Of a stretch of 64,000 nucleotides of DNA, positions 36,510 to 49,514 are shown piece by piece (positions within the stretch are counted from its first letter, which is position 1; each line of letters begins with the position of its first letter). The notes beneath the pieces were generated by a model. It did no database searches, was not told the origin of the DNA, and saw nothing but the letters and a program-made list of their open reading frames with translations. The stretch is from Lama guanicoe (taxonomy: Eukaryota): assembly GCA_013239625.1 (NCBI GenBank), contig MU053652.1:1738001-1802000 (forward strand), written 5' to 3'. The translations under genes and the position numbers were made by a program.

Positions 36510-37389
36510 CTTTAAGGGATTGTCTCTATTGCTTTTGCCAAGAACCGTCAGAGCGGCCTCCCGCAGGGCCCTTCTCCTGATGCTTTACATCTGTCCTATC
36601 TCCTTTGCAGCCTCCCTACAAAGGACAGTTGTCTATTTCCTGGGTTCTTGGAATGTTGGCAGGTCTCTTAAAACCAGGCTTATGAAATTGTTCAAGGCTG
36701 GCAACCTTCCATGCTTAGGCAACAGATGAAGGGGTGCAGGGCCACATCACCTCATCTGATCCCTCCACGCCTCCCTCTGTGTCTCTGGGCAGGTTCTCAG
36801 ATCCACTCATCTGCTTCCAGTGCCTCCCTCCTGCCGGGCACTGGGTGGGTTGAGCCAAGAGGGCCTCAGTATTGCAGTGGAGGAAAAACAAGCTCTCGGG
36901 GGAGAAGTGCTGGCTAAGTGTGCCTCCTGGTTATTACCGCGGGGCCTGGTGCTGCCCTCTGCACGTGACTCCATTGCTGCAGATTCCACAGGCTGCTCTC
37001 TGCAGGGAGTTGGGCAATAGATAACAACTGTCCGGAGGGTTATTTCTTTGGTATTTTGGTTCATTAAAAAAGTTGTCTGTGGTTCCCAGAAGCCCCAAAG
37101 GGAGGGGCTGCTTCTACTCCTGGAATCCCATATGGGGCCAGTTTCAGCAACTCTCAACCAATTCTCAAGCCATGAGTAAGTCAACATCTTTATATGATGT
37201 AGTGAGCCTACTTTGAGGAGATGGTGGTGGCTGGCTCCAAGGTCATGTGTGCAGGCAGTAAAGGTGAGGCAAGAATTCATTAAAAAACTCGTCTTTACCC
37301 AAAAGCCTTGAAATCTAAAGACAGTGTGCAGACTAAGAAGGACCGTTTTTTTGGATGCTATCTTTCATTGCTTGTGAAATTTGCCGAGT

Positions 37390-37700
37390 TAGTATGGATT
37401 TCAGGGAGCCGGGGTTCTAATATAGACTTGGTCACTGATGGTTTGTGACCTTGGGCAAGATTATTTCTTCATTCATTCTTTTATTCTTTCCTTCCACATT
37501 GGATTAACAGTGATTATGCTCTTGGCACTATGCTGGTTGCCTGGGGATGCATCAAAGAGTATATCACACCCCCTGTTCAAAAGCAGCCTGCAGTCTAAGG
37601 AGGGATACAGAGCCAGCACTTCCACAGAGGTACTCACAAAGGCCAGTGTGAAGCTGGAGGACAGAGCCATGGCTGCTTTAGAGAGAGAGGCAGGTGCTTC
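37390..37700. mobile_element. MIR fragment (+) followed by L2 3' region (-)
   Basis: tgtgaccttgggcaag then ttcattcattc...tggcactatgctggttgcctggggatgca...cagtctaag. Confidence 0.55.
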
Positions 37701-38194
37701 TCTGTCAGAGCTTCAAGATGCTGCCTCCATCCTTGTTCTCCTCCAGTGATTTTGTAAAAGCCTGATCTCATCAGTGTAGTCCTAGTTCTCTCTTGTGTAT
37801 CATAGGCTCCCTGAGTGAGACGGGGGATGAAAAGTTGCCTGGTTTAACCAGCTTTGGATACTTCCATACCCCCTCCTGCAATACACGCTCACCCTTGCCT
37901 GCACACAACAACTCAGCCAAATTTCTGTCCTGCCTACTCTTCAACATCTGCACCAGATTTTATAGACATCTGTTGCAAACAAGAGAATTAATGACCATTT
38001 CAGAACTTTTAAACGAAAGGATGGATACCCATTTCAGAATCATGTTCGCTGCCATGTTGGTTTAAAGGAGACTGAATCCAACCAGAGGTGTATCCTGATA
38101 CCCTTGAGAGGAATTCCAAGTTTCAATGGCCCCAAGAAAATCAGAAGTGGGAGGGGCTTTTGGTTATCCTAAGTCATTCTCATTCTTTCTTTAC

Positions 38195-38265
38195 TTAAAC
38201 CCCATTTTACAAATGAGAGATCTGCAACCCAGAGAAGTGAATGACTGGCCCAAGGCTGGAATTTA
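38195..38265 (-). mobile_element. MIR core
   Basis: ccccattttacaaatgag...cccagagaagtgaatgactggcccaagg. Confidence 0.7.
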
Positions 38266-40713
38266 CCTTGGCTGTTATCCATGAAACTTCTTGGAATGTT
38301 TGGTCATTTTGCATGGAATGGGGAATTTGTAAGGGCACTGCTCTGGCCTCTGGTAGGCAGGGATGAGCAGAGTCTACAGAAATACACCGCTGCAGGGGAG
38401 CAGGGACAGCCCACGGCACAGCATGCCCCATGCCTCCTCCTCAAACCACCCAAATCTCCAGTGGTTATGCTATACTAGAGAGGGTTTGCATTAACCAAAA
38501 ACTCAGAAATAATCACCCAGAACATTCCACGTGCCAGCCATGTGCCAGAGGCGGGTGTGAAGCTGGAACTCCAAATTAAATACTCCTCCTCTTTGCTCTA
38601 AAGCATGTCTCCAGTCCTACATGGGATGAATAACTCCTTTCATGGCTTAAGAGCACAAGACCTCTGGCACATGCAAGAAAAATCAGTTTTGCGATGTCAG
38701 ACGCTGAGCTGTGACAGTTAGTGCCTACGTGCAGGTACCGTCGTGACTCTTGAGAACAACTTCAGTGCTTCTGACAGAAACAAGATAATCGGAGAACTTT
38801 AGTCTCAGCCTAGATGACTTTACCACGAGCACGTGATGATGGGGCCAGGGACGGAATCACCCAGCTGTCGCCTCAAAGCAGTGCTGCTGCATTGGCAGAA
38901 GTTGGCGCATTGTTCTGAAAGCCCCATGAGCCCCTCCCGGAGTCTCAGCTCCCTCCTCTCAGCACCCAGCCCAGCTGTCCTGAAGCCTGAGTGTGTTTGC
39001 TCTTCTTTTCTCTCTTCCCAGACAGTGTTGTGAGAAGCAGTCACGCCAACCACCTCAGCCCTTTCCTCTACTCAGCCCAGGTCTCTCGTCCCAATCGTTA
39101 CCTCCAGCTGCATCTTCCTGCTCACAGATGCCTCCTGGAGAACAAAGGGATTTTCAAGTAGAAAGAAAAACCTATTCTGCGGGTTCTGTGCTGGTGGCCG
39201 CTGAGGGGCAGGAGTAAATCAAACAGTCTCTCCAAGCAGCCAACAGCTGAGGCTGGGAGGGGGCGCAATGGGCAGTGGGAGAGCAGAGGCTGGCTCTGCG
39301 GATGCCATGAGGATTCAGTGCTGGGCCTCTGGTGGGATGCCTGGCAGCCCCCGTCTCACGCGCCACCTGGGTACCACAGGTGGGGAGGAAGTCATGTCTT
39401 GCACCTCAGTTTTCCTCCCTACGTGGAAGTGATCATCCCAGCGCTCTTTTTTCCTTTTTTTTTTTTCTTCAATTTTGAGTTTGAAGAAATCTGTGTCTGG
39501 AAAAGTTTGCGCTTATCAGAGAAACACATTCTTGAAGTGCCATCCTATGAGAGTCTATAAACAGGAGGCAGACGGCATTCGGCTTGGAAAAAAATGATCT
39601 TTGGGCCTGAGATCATTTGAAACGTTTTTGGTAAAAGGAAGAGAGAACTTACGTGTTTTCAGGCCTGGCTCTCTTCCAAGTGGGTCCCAGTAAAGCAGGC
39701 TACTGGGCACTGTTTAATAACAAGCATCTTCCTAAATAGCCTTTCCTAGCCGGGGCGGGGAGGGGGAGAGAGAGGTCCTCTTATTGTCTCATAGAAAACA
39801 TCTGGGGAATATTACGGAGAATTTTTTTCCCTGTGTTTTGTTTTTTACAAAATTCATGAGGCTGGGAGAGGAGTCTTTGCTGGCATCCATGTTTGATGAA
39901 GAGAGAGCAGTGCAGGCAAGACAAGTTTCTCCATAAGCAAACATTGCCCAGGGCGGGATTCAGCTCTTCCCAGCGAAAGCAGGGAGGTGATTAACCCAGC
40001 TTCGCACCTGAATGCCAAAGGTTGACCTAGGGGGACAGAGGCACAAGGAAGTTGGGGTGCAGGTGGGCCCCAGTGGGGGTGATGGTCAGCCTGTGTCCTT
40101 TCTAGGACAGTCACAGGGACAGTGTCTTCTGATCTCAAACCCAGGCCAGAGTCACGGGTGGGGTCCCCTGGATGAAACTCAAGGTGAGGGGTGCTGACCC
40201 CACTACAAGGCGGAGTTATTAGGAGGCTCGGAGGCCCTCTCTCCTGCCTGTACGGTGATCGATCAGGGCGCCTGACAAACGGTTATCGCTGAGCAAATCA
40301 CTTCCTGCGAGTGGAGATTTCACAACAGTAATTTCGTTTCCTTGTGGTTGCTTCTTGCTGAAAGCACCTTGCCTGACATCACTGTTTATAGTCAGAGTCT
40401 GAAGGGCCTTCAGAAAAGCAGATGTAAAGGAAGGTATTTGGGAGAGTGGAGCTGAGTGTAAATGAGGAGAAACGGCCACTCATTTGGGAAGCAGTGGGCG
40501 CAGGGGCGCAGGACCCCTGCATGGAGCAGCCGCAGAGCCTGGGATGCCTTCCTCCCTCCCCTCCTGTGTCCCTGGTTGGCTGTGCTCTGCCTCATGGTGC
40601 AGGGGATACTTCCCTACCCCCCGCCCCCCACCACCGCCCCAGCTGTAAACCCCCAGGACTTTTCCAGGACCTTTGACCAGTCCTGGGCTGATGCCGGCAT
40701 ACCTGGTGGTGAG

Positions 40714-40895
40714 TAATAATGCCTCTTCATGAGTAATGCTTTTAAAACCTTACTTGAATTTGATTCTCATGGCGACACTGTGTGGCAGGCAAGGCAAGTG
40801 ACCATTCCTTTTGCACAGATGAGGAAACTGAGGTTCTGTAAGTTTCAGGCGTTTGTCTCAGGTCACGCCCACAGAACGGGGACTCCAACCCCGCT
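40714..40895 (-). mobile_element. MIR SINE
   Basis: tttgattctcat...ctgtgtggcagg...ttgcacagatgaggaaactgaggttc. Confidence 0.75.
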
Positions 40896-41069
40896 GTCCA
40901 CCCCTTTCTGTCCCATGAACCGGAAGGAAATACTGCTCCCTGCCTCCCTTGGTTCCTGTTAACGCTCTTCTTTTCTAAATTGCTTGCAAGTCCCCCCTAC
41001 TCCATATACTTACACGCCAGCATTTATAAGTTGTGTTTTGTTCTGTTTCCCCCCTCCCTGCCGAATACA

Positions 41070-41413
41070 TCTTGCCCTTTCTGTCTTCAGCATCTCTCCC
41101 ACCCTTCTGACTGCTCTAGGAGCCCCTTCTCAGCTCAGATGTCACCTCCTCTCAGAAGCCTTCTCTGGTCTGTCCCTCTCTCCCTCCTCACTCCGGAGCA
41201 GAGCACATCACTCCATTTCATGGACTGCTGCTGGGTCCCTCCATATCCCCATGTTTGCATAGGTCCCACTGTGTTATGGTCATTTGCTCAAGGGTCTGTC
41301 TGCTTTTCTTACTGGGCCCTGTGTGAGATGCTGTGGGGCGAGGACAATGACACCTGTCTTCAGTCTCCAGTGATACCTAGTGAGAGTGCACTCAGCCTTT
41401 GTTTTTGGTGAAT
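41070..41413 (+). mobile_element. L2 3' region
   Basis: tctcagctcagatgtcacctcctctcagaagccttctctg...ctgtgtgagatgctgtggggcgagga...cctag. Confidence 0.65.
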
Positions 41414-44400
41414 AGAGTTGAGGGCTGGGGAGCTCGGTCCACATGGCATTTTCCTTGAACCTCCAGAGACTTTCCCACTTCTTGGGGGACAACCAGACTT
41501 CTGGTGCCTCAGGAAGTTGTCTCTGTAAAGTTAATGATGTTGTCCTAAGTTCTTTTTGAGAGCTGGGCCTCTAGAGAATGCTCAAAGGCGAAGATCGAGA
41601 TGACATGGATCTAGATGAGTGAGTCTCATCAACATCTGCTCCAAGAAGTCTCTAACCAGGTACCTTTCCTACCATGGCCCTGCCCAGGCCTCCACCAGGA
41701 CTCAAAGTCCCAGCTAAACTCTCTGCTTTGGGATACGGACCCCAGACTGTGGGGCATCCACATCAGGGGCCTTGCTAAAGTGAGCTTGTGCTATTCCGGA
41801 CAGAAACAGGCAGGGCAGGGCGCAGTCCTGCCTCTGTCGGTCTTTCCCATGCACTCTCGAACACATTGTTTATCGGAGTCTCTCTCTGACACCTTGGAAA
41901 GGACAGATAACTCGTCCTGAGCAGAAATTAACTTGGTAGGAAATAGCTGGAGCTAACTCTTGGTGCTTTACCACCTCGCGGGTTTTTCCCCTGGAGAAAG
42001 CTGGAACATTTTTGTGGGTTTAAGAGCAAGCGTGCCTGTCTGAATTGACACTAAAATTGCAGGTGGAAGTGAGGGGCTCCCAGATGGTGCACGTGCTTCA
42101 CACAGATTGGTCTAGAAGTGAAAACCGTGTTGCTGGTCAAGATGTCTCTTCATCTTGGGGCTAGGGTTCAAGGGCTTAATAAGTGGTGCTCCTTTTGCAA
42201 AAGCAGAATAAAAGCCCAGAGCCAACACCAGCTCCCGTCACCCACGGAGACTCTGGGCGTGTTCATCTCTGCGGATTTCTGATGGATGTGTTCTGATACC
42301 CACCGGTGACTTCTAATTACCAGCTGCTCACGCTCCCCCTCCCTCCTGCCTCTGCTGGCTCACGCCTGGCATCTCCCCACAACTTCGCCGTTGACATCCT
42401 GCTTGTCTGGTGAAGGAGTCTGTCGGGCAGTACTAGGTGTCGTGGATCAGCCCCTCAGAGCTGAGAGTGAGACCCCCCGATAGAATTGCCTGTGACAGGA
42501 GAGATGAATTCACCACCACGCGCAGGTCCTAATGAACACAATCACCCAGCACTGATGGGAACTGTAAGGAATGAGGCATAGATTAAAGCCACAGAGCCTT
42601 TCAGATGCAGATGCTCCCTAATAAATCACATGCTGGAACTGCTCAGCTTACTCCTTGGGTCCACTCTTAATAAAGACCAGGATGAGCTTCTCCATCCTCA
42701 AAGCAGGAATGCACAGGAGCCGGGCTGCCATCTTCGTTTGGCCCAGGTCAGCATCGACTGGCTCGTGATTGTTCTCTGATGTGCGGCGACTTGTGTGTTG
42801 CCCGGCCGGCCGCTCCGCGATCAATCCCAGCTGCGGGGCTGGAGGGGGGGGGCGCCCAGCCACCTGAGCCTCAGGTTGGAGTCATCGCTTATATCCCCAT
42901 TAAACTCTGGGCCCCTACCACATGGGAGAGTTTAAGGGGAAAATGAGATTTTATTAAAGCCAGGGGACCTCCCTGACTGAGCAGAACGCCTAATAAGAGC
43001 CTTAAGGGTTTCTTATCTCAGATGAAAGTTTCCCGTTTTCCCAGATTCCTCTCTTTTGTTGCCGCGGCATCACCCCTCCCCTCCCCCTCCCCTGCCATGG
43101 GTGCCTCATTATTTAAAGCCACTGCTAAAATGTCAAAAAGCAGTTAGTAGCCAAACCATCCAACAGCCTTTTCTCTCCCTAGTGAAGGCCAGCAGTTTTG
43201 TGTGTACGTATGAGGTTTACAGTCTGAACACAGTGACTTCAAAATGCTCCTGAATTTCAGAGCAACAGTACAATTGAATTTCCAGGAAAAAAGAAGACAG
43301 ACCAGAAAGGTGCGTGCGCCTCTGGGTCTCCTGCTCCCGGAGGTGTCCGTGACCCACACACGCCAAAACATCCCCCCTGGTCTCAGCAGCTCACTCTAAG
43401 TGTGTCTAGAACTTGGTGGCCTGGCTCCAATCCTAGTGTGCGAGGGATGGTTGCCGTTTCTTTCCCATTCTCTAGACTTTTCCTCCAGACCTTGGGGAGG
43501 ATGTTATGAGACTGGGCATGGCCAGCGACTGGGTCACTGGTTGCTGGGACTGGGGATGAAGTCAGCAGTGAAGTTCGGGCAGGACTCACGGGTAGCCAGG
43601 GCTAGTCTGCCCTTCCTATAGGCTTTCCCATTGCTCCCACTGTCAGGCCACATCACGCCCTGGGTTTGATTCTGGAAGCCTCCATCTTTCCTACTTATCA
43701 TGCTGATTTCCAGTCTGCAAGATACTGGAGATAACCAGTAACATCTCCCGACCTGGGAGGTATCTAAAGATAGAGGAGACATGGGTTGCCTTCGGAGCTT
43801 CGACGCCTGCTGGGGGCGGCGGGGTGGACTAGCCCTCACAACGCTCCCTTCATGGAGTTCTGTTCAGAAATAGGCTCTCACATCTGGGAGGTACTGAGGT
43901 TGTCAGAGAGAAGTGTCGCAAGAAGTGATTCACGACCCTACAGGTCAGAAACCGGCAGCTGAGGACGGTGGGGCCACTTTCCCTTTCAGGATCCTGGGCC
44001 GTCTCTGAGGGGCTCCTGGGCAGTTTTCAGTGAACTATTTTCTCATCCATTCAAATGGTCCTTGTCTTAACTTCATCCTTTTCTCCTCTTATCTTCACTG
44101 CATCCCTTCCTCCGCCACCTTTGTGTCTACTGCCTACATGCCGTGGAGCCAAGGAACATATAACCTAGTCCGTCCTTCCCTCCCCTGCAGCCCCCACTCC
44201 CTCTCCGCCCCAGCCCGCCTCTCCACCCGACCTCAGAGGCACATTCCTCCGCAGTCTAATCCGAACCCCCGAGGCGTGCCCGCCCCAGCCCCCTCTTCTC
44301 CCCTGGGGTTTCCTCTCCTGCCTTGGGCTCTGCCCACCAGTGTGGCCGCGCACATGTGGCCAACACTCATCCAGCTGCCCCTGCAAACCAGCACCAGCAC

Positions 44401-44689
44401 TCGCCACCTGCCACGAGCCTTATGCATCCTGACTGGGGACCCTTGGGGCAAAAATGGCCCGTCACCTCCTGGGACAGTTTTGCCTTTTTGGGAATATAGT
44501 TCTCCCTAAATGCAGGGGATGGCCGAGCTTAGTCACAGCACCCAGGGGCTGGAGCGGGTGGGGAGAACGACTCTAAGAAGGACTCCACAGAACCCAAGAA
44601 AAGCATCTGCTCATGGCTCCATGGAGTGAATTTGCTTCCTGCAGGCATTTATTTATGCTCTCTTATATTAGTGATCTGAGAGGAAGGCA

Positions 44690-44733
44690 ACACACACGCT
44701 CACACACACATACACACGCATACACACACGCAC
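44690..44733. repeat. Interrupted (CA)n microsatellite
   Basis: Directly visible. Confidence 0.9.
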
Positions 44734-47700
44734 AGAGTCCAGAAGAGCTGGCACTGCCAAATATAGGCAGAGCAAGACAAGTTTTATTATCTAAATATAG
44801 ACTTTTCAAACAAACGGATGATTTTATCAAAGTTATTTGCAAGGGTTCTAAACAAGGCCAGGGGCATCACTGAAGTCCATGGGCTGGATGTCCTCCAGCA
44901 TTTGAAAGCCCACTTCCAAGGTAAGAACCCCTGGTGTCTCTAGCCCTGGAGGCCTGTGGGTTCTGGGGTGACCCCCTCCCGGCTGGCTACCCTCCGCGTC
45001 CCTGGAGCCCCACACTAGGGCAGCCCCTGCAAAAGAACCATATGCAGTCTCTCTGAATCCACAAAAAGAGCACTTTTTGTGGGCAGAACATGTCTGGATT
45101 TCCTATCCTCTAGTTTCCAAACAGGGTTGAGACCGGGAAGCAAGGACACCCAGGTGGACTCCTGTCACTTCAGTAGTAAAAGCTCGGACTCTCCTGCGAA
45201 GGAGCCGGCCTCAAGCTGGCTGCTCTGGCCATACTGCAGACACCTCTTTGTACCTCCTTCCCAGCGGGTCGTAATGGACAGATTAGGCATCAGAATCATT
45301 CCTCAGCAGAGAGTCTATAAAAACTCCCTTTCTTTGATGAGCGCATTGTTCAAAGCGATGGTTTCGGGGCAGACACGCAGTGCCTGCTTTGCGGCTGCGG
45401 CTTCGGTGGAATGTTTTTCTCTGTCGACACCAACGTAGGTGCTGTCTTGGTGGCGAATGCTGTACCCACCAGGGCTGCTCCTGCTGGCAGGGCCAGAGGG
45501 CTCGTTGTCCTGACCCCTTGGAAGGCTCCTCCAGACGGTGGCTGAGAAGCGGGAACCATCGACGCACGCTCCTCCATCCTCACCAGGCTCGGGGAGCGCT
45601 GTGCTCACCTCCGGGCTGCAGCCACGTCCCATCAGTTTAGCTGAGAAGGGGGACAAGGCGTATGACACCAGCAAGGGGTCTGGTGCTGCATCTTAGCAGG
45701 TTGCTGGCGCCCGGGTGGCTCTTGGGGCCTGAGAATCAAAGGAGGGGTCTTAGGCCGCTCAGCTTAACGCTGTCTTTGCTGCTGATTTTGCCTGAGGGGA
45801 AGACAGAGTTGAAAGGGGCTGTCTTGGTCAAATGAGAGAGGGGCTGGGGATCTCGGCTCCTGTTCAAGGGCTGGAGGAGGCTTGGGCTCCCCTGAGCAGC
45901 CAGGCTCATCAGGCCCCGGGCAGATCTAAGCAGATGACCCAAAGGAGGAGCCAGCTACTCGGGACGGAGCGTCGGAACATGTGAATGAGGGCCTGGGAGC
46001 GCACTGCCCGCAAGGCCCCTCAGGTGGTGCTGTGAGCTACAGACCTTCACAGCACGGGTGTGAGGTGAATGCAGACGCTGCCACAGATGGGCTGTGGGCC
46101 CAAGGTCAGTGCTTGAAATCCAATGTCATCGCATGACTCGACACTGGCAACTGTAAATTCCACTCTGGTGGCCATGCCGCCTGGGGTCCCAGGCTGAGGT
46201 CCTTCAGGACCGTGCCCGCGCTTGGGCAGATGCGTGCCTGTCAGCTCCCCTCAGCTCGGGCCTTGTCTGTGGCTGTTGGCTGAGCTGGGCATGGTGCCCA
46301 GAGCAGAGTGAGGCGTCCCTGAGCCAGGCAGGCCGAGCCACGCCTGTACACAGGTGTCTGCGCCCTCACGGCCAGGCAAGAGCTGCTGAGGGCCCAGCCC
46401 TGGACCCCTCAGCATGCCAGCTGGAGCAGGGGCGGGGGTGGCAGGAGAGAGCAGGGCCCTGGCTCCTCCTCTGGTCCCCAGGCCAGTGGGGCGTCCAACC
46501 AGCTGGACTTGGGCTCACACAGCTGCTCCTCTGGATGCCTGACAGGGCCCCGGGGCTGCTGGCAGGAAGCAGGGTGATGGGGGACTGAGGCCGGTGCGGA
46601 CCCGGCCACTTCTCTCCCTCTCCCCTCCCCACTACTCCTTTCTTCCGACATTGTTACCTCCTCGCTGCCTTTCTTTTCTCTCAGATCTTAATAATTGATC
46701 AAATAGGTTTTGTACATCCAACTTAAAAAAAAAAAGCCTAACTAGCATAAAATAGTCAAAACGCTCCCTTCCTCTCAGGGCGACCCCCTTCCCACCTTTG
46801 ATCATGCTCACAGGATTAACTGGCTCCATCAACACCCTGCTCTACAGTCCACTTCCAAGACCTGCTCCTCTCTTGCCCACCTTCCTTGCTCTGTGCGGGT
46901 GTTTTCTATGTCATCGCGGAAAACTCCTTGCGGCACCTTTTTTTTTTTTATTATTATTTCTGTCTTTTGTGGGTCTGGAGCATGAAGAGAAAAGTGAGCC
47001 AGTGGTAGGAGGGTGGGCGTTGGGCTGCGGACCTGGATGGGGCGTGTGGTTCTGCTGCTCACCTCTAGGGGATGCCAGCCCTTCCTGCTCTCAGCTTTCT
47101 CATCTGAAAACACCTGTCTGTTGTGAGGACTCAGCTCACGTCAGTTGAGCTAAAGGGCCTGGGTCCTTCAGCTCCTGGTAATGCCCCTTTGCTTGTCCCC
47201 TGCATCCTTGTCTGTGCTGTCCCCATGGACATGTGTCCTCCACGGACATGCTGCCTCCTTATGTGGTCATCTGTCCCAGCCACATGGGTTCTTCATCCAG
47301 ACCGAGTGATTCGTAATATTCCCTACAGATGGGGGTTCATTATTGGTCCCCTCTCCTTCTCCAGGTCCTGCACAGCATCTTCTCATCTTCACGGCTGTGC
47401 ACACAATGAGCGTGTGTAAGGGGTCACACCCGCCGTTATCTCCCAGTTAATTCCTGGATTACAGATTGCCTCCAGTTTCTCTCAGTGTGAAGCTCCCTGT
47501 GACCAGTCATATTTGGGACAGGCTCACGCCTTCTAACTAATCTCACTGTTTCTCTTCGGGAGTCACCAAGCTCCCTGAGAGACAGGGAGGTACCCAGGGG
47601 ACCGAGGGGGTGAAGGGGCTGCGGTTAGTGATACGAAAGGGACAGGGCCACCCAGCTTTCCTCTTGCAATGTGGTGTAATAGCTCAGTTTTTAAATTCTC

Positions 47701-48369
47701 AGAGGAATTGAGTTTCAACAACGTGCTTAGGGATACAGGTTTCTGTCTGAGACAACTTGGCAGAGGAGCTATTTCCTTGCTGGTGCCTGTCCTCTCTGTC
47801 TCTCTGAATCTCCTTCTCCTCTGTGGTCTGACCGTCAGGAGTCCTGGATCTGGGCTCCACCTCTACCCTCTGCCTCATGTAAGTAGCCTTCCCTTCCTCT
47901 CCTGTCCCTGCCTTTACTGGTGTTCCTGTCCGTCAGCCGCCATCCCAGAATCATGGATCCATTAAACTAGAAAGCATTCCTGAAATGAATTTGTGCAACC
48001 TCTTGTTTTAGAGATGAGGACCTTGAGCTCCAAGGTGGGGTGGCTTCCTCCAGATAGAGGTATGCCCAGAATCCATCAGCCCCCTAATGGCCCCTGGAAA
48101 GATAAGGAACAGGACATGGAAGCAGTCTGAAGGAGGTCTTCCCCTGTGCAGGCAGGGGCCATCATAAACTAGCATTTTTATTAACTCACTGCTGAGTGCT
48201 CTCAGGTTATTGATGGAGCTGTTAAATGAGCCAGATGCAGACTTGGATGAGACGAAGCTTCTGGTTGGATTCCTAGACCTTCAAATTTGGTGAGAAGCCG
48301 TTGCCATCCTGCAAATGCCCAAATCCAGCTCTTGGCAGCACTGGTGGGAGGGCATCCCCTGCAGGTGGA

Positions 48370-48540
48370 TATCACTCAGTGAGATAAGGCAAGCATTCTT
48401 GTTTAGCCCCAGTTTACAGACGAAGAAGGTGAGGATTAAACAATGTAGTCATTGTAATAATTTCCCTAAATTCATAAACTAGTAAATGTGAGCCCTGGGA
48501 GTCCTCTTGAGTTTGCTGGATCCCAGACCCTACCTGCTCA
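48370..48540 (-). mobile_element. MIR SINE (degraded)
   Basis: ccccagtttacagacgaagaaggtgagg...actagtaaatg. Confidence 0.55.
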
Positions 48541-49514
48541 ACCGCAGCGTTAGACTGGGAAAAGGATGTGGCAAAGGGACCATCATTCTCCACATCCTTA
48601 GAGCGAGGCCACAGACTGGGCGTCTTGGTAGTAAGAAAATCCCTGCTGGCTTGGAATGGTTTGGCTAGCGTCCATTCTAGGCAGGAATGTGGGCTGAATG
48701 ACCCACCTCAGGCCATGTTAAGTCTGGTGACTTTGAGACAACTCTGTGGAGAAAGAAAGTCCATTGGGCCAGTTGCCATTCCCAGATGCCAGTGGGGCCC
48801 TGGCCTGGGAAGCGTCCAGGCAGCTCAGCCACTTAATGGCTATGAGCTGGCATTAAACCACTGCCCATCATAGGAAGGACGAGAACTCTAAACCTTTGTA
48901 CTCTGGCAGGCTAGCTGTGTTCTTGCCAGCTGCCAGGCCTTTGTGGAACAAAGAAAGACCATGCATTTCTTCCTTTTTAGTCTGTTGTTTCAAAGCTGAG
49001 TCTCTATCAGAATATCCTGTTATTTGCTCCATGTGACAAAGCCTGAGCATAAATATGTCACAACCAAAATGCTAATGGCTTCTTCCTACCATGGCTGTCC
49101 ATCCTTCTCCATCTTTCCCTCCCCCTGGCCCTTCCCACGGAAGGCTCTGCATTCCAGGAGGCAGCATCTGAGCCGTCCCTCTGCCAAGGGAAACATTGCA
49201 GCCCGTATGTGGATGTTCTTTCCCACTAGAGAGCGGGTCCTGGCCCAGGGACCATGTGCTCCCCGCATACCAGGCTCAAGCTGGTTCTCCCCCATCCCGG
49301 GGCCCTGCTGGAGCAAGATGGTGGCCAGTTGCAGCCGGGGCAGCAGCGAGCAAGGAGAATGAACCACGTGCCCTTGGCCAGGCCCAGGTCAGACCTGGCT
49401 GACTTCAGTTTGAGATTCATCAACCTTGACATCTTTGTGATCCTTCAACTTCTCCATGAAGTTTCCCAAACAGGCATTACTAATTGAAATTTAAAAAGAG
49501 GTGGTGACAGTATG

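Noticed and set aside
43806..43819. CTCF-like CCTGCTGGGGGCGG
   Set aside because: Mismatch at the conserved central A; cannot be supported without matrix scoring or ChIP data.
44757..44767. CArG box
   Set aside because: CC-AAATATA-GG has seven, not six, A/T bases.
47838..47884. Small plus-strand exon candidate ending in GTAAGT (other isolated donors near 24811 and 44921)
   Set aside because: Isolated splice-like motifs are frequent by chance; no consistent exon chain or recognisable peptide.
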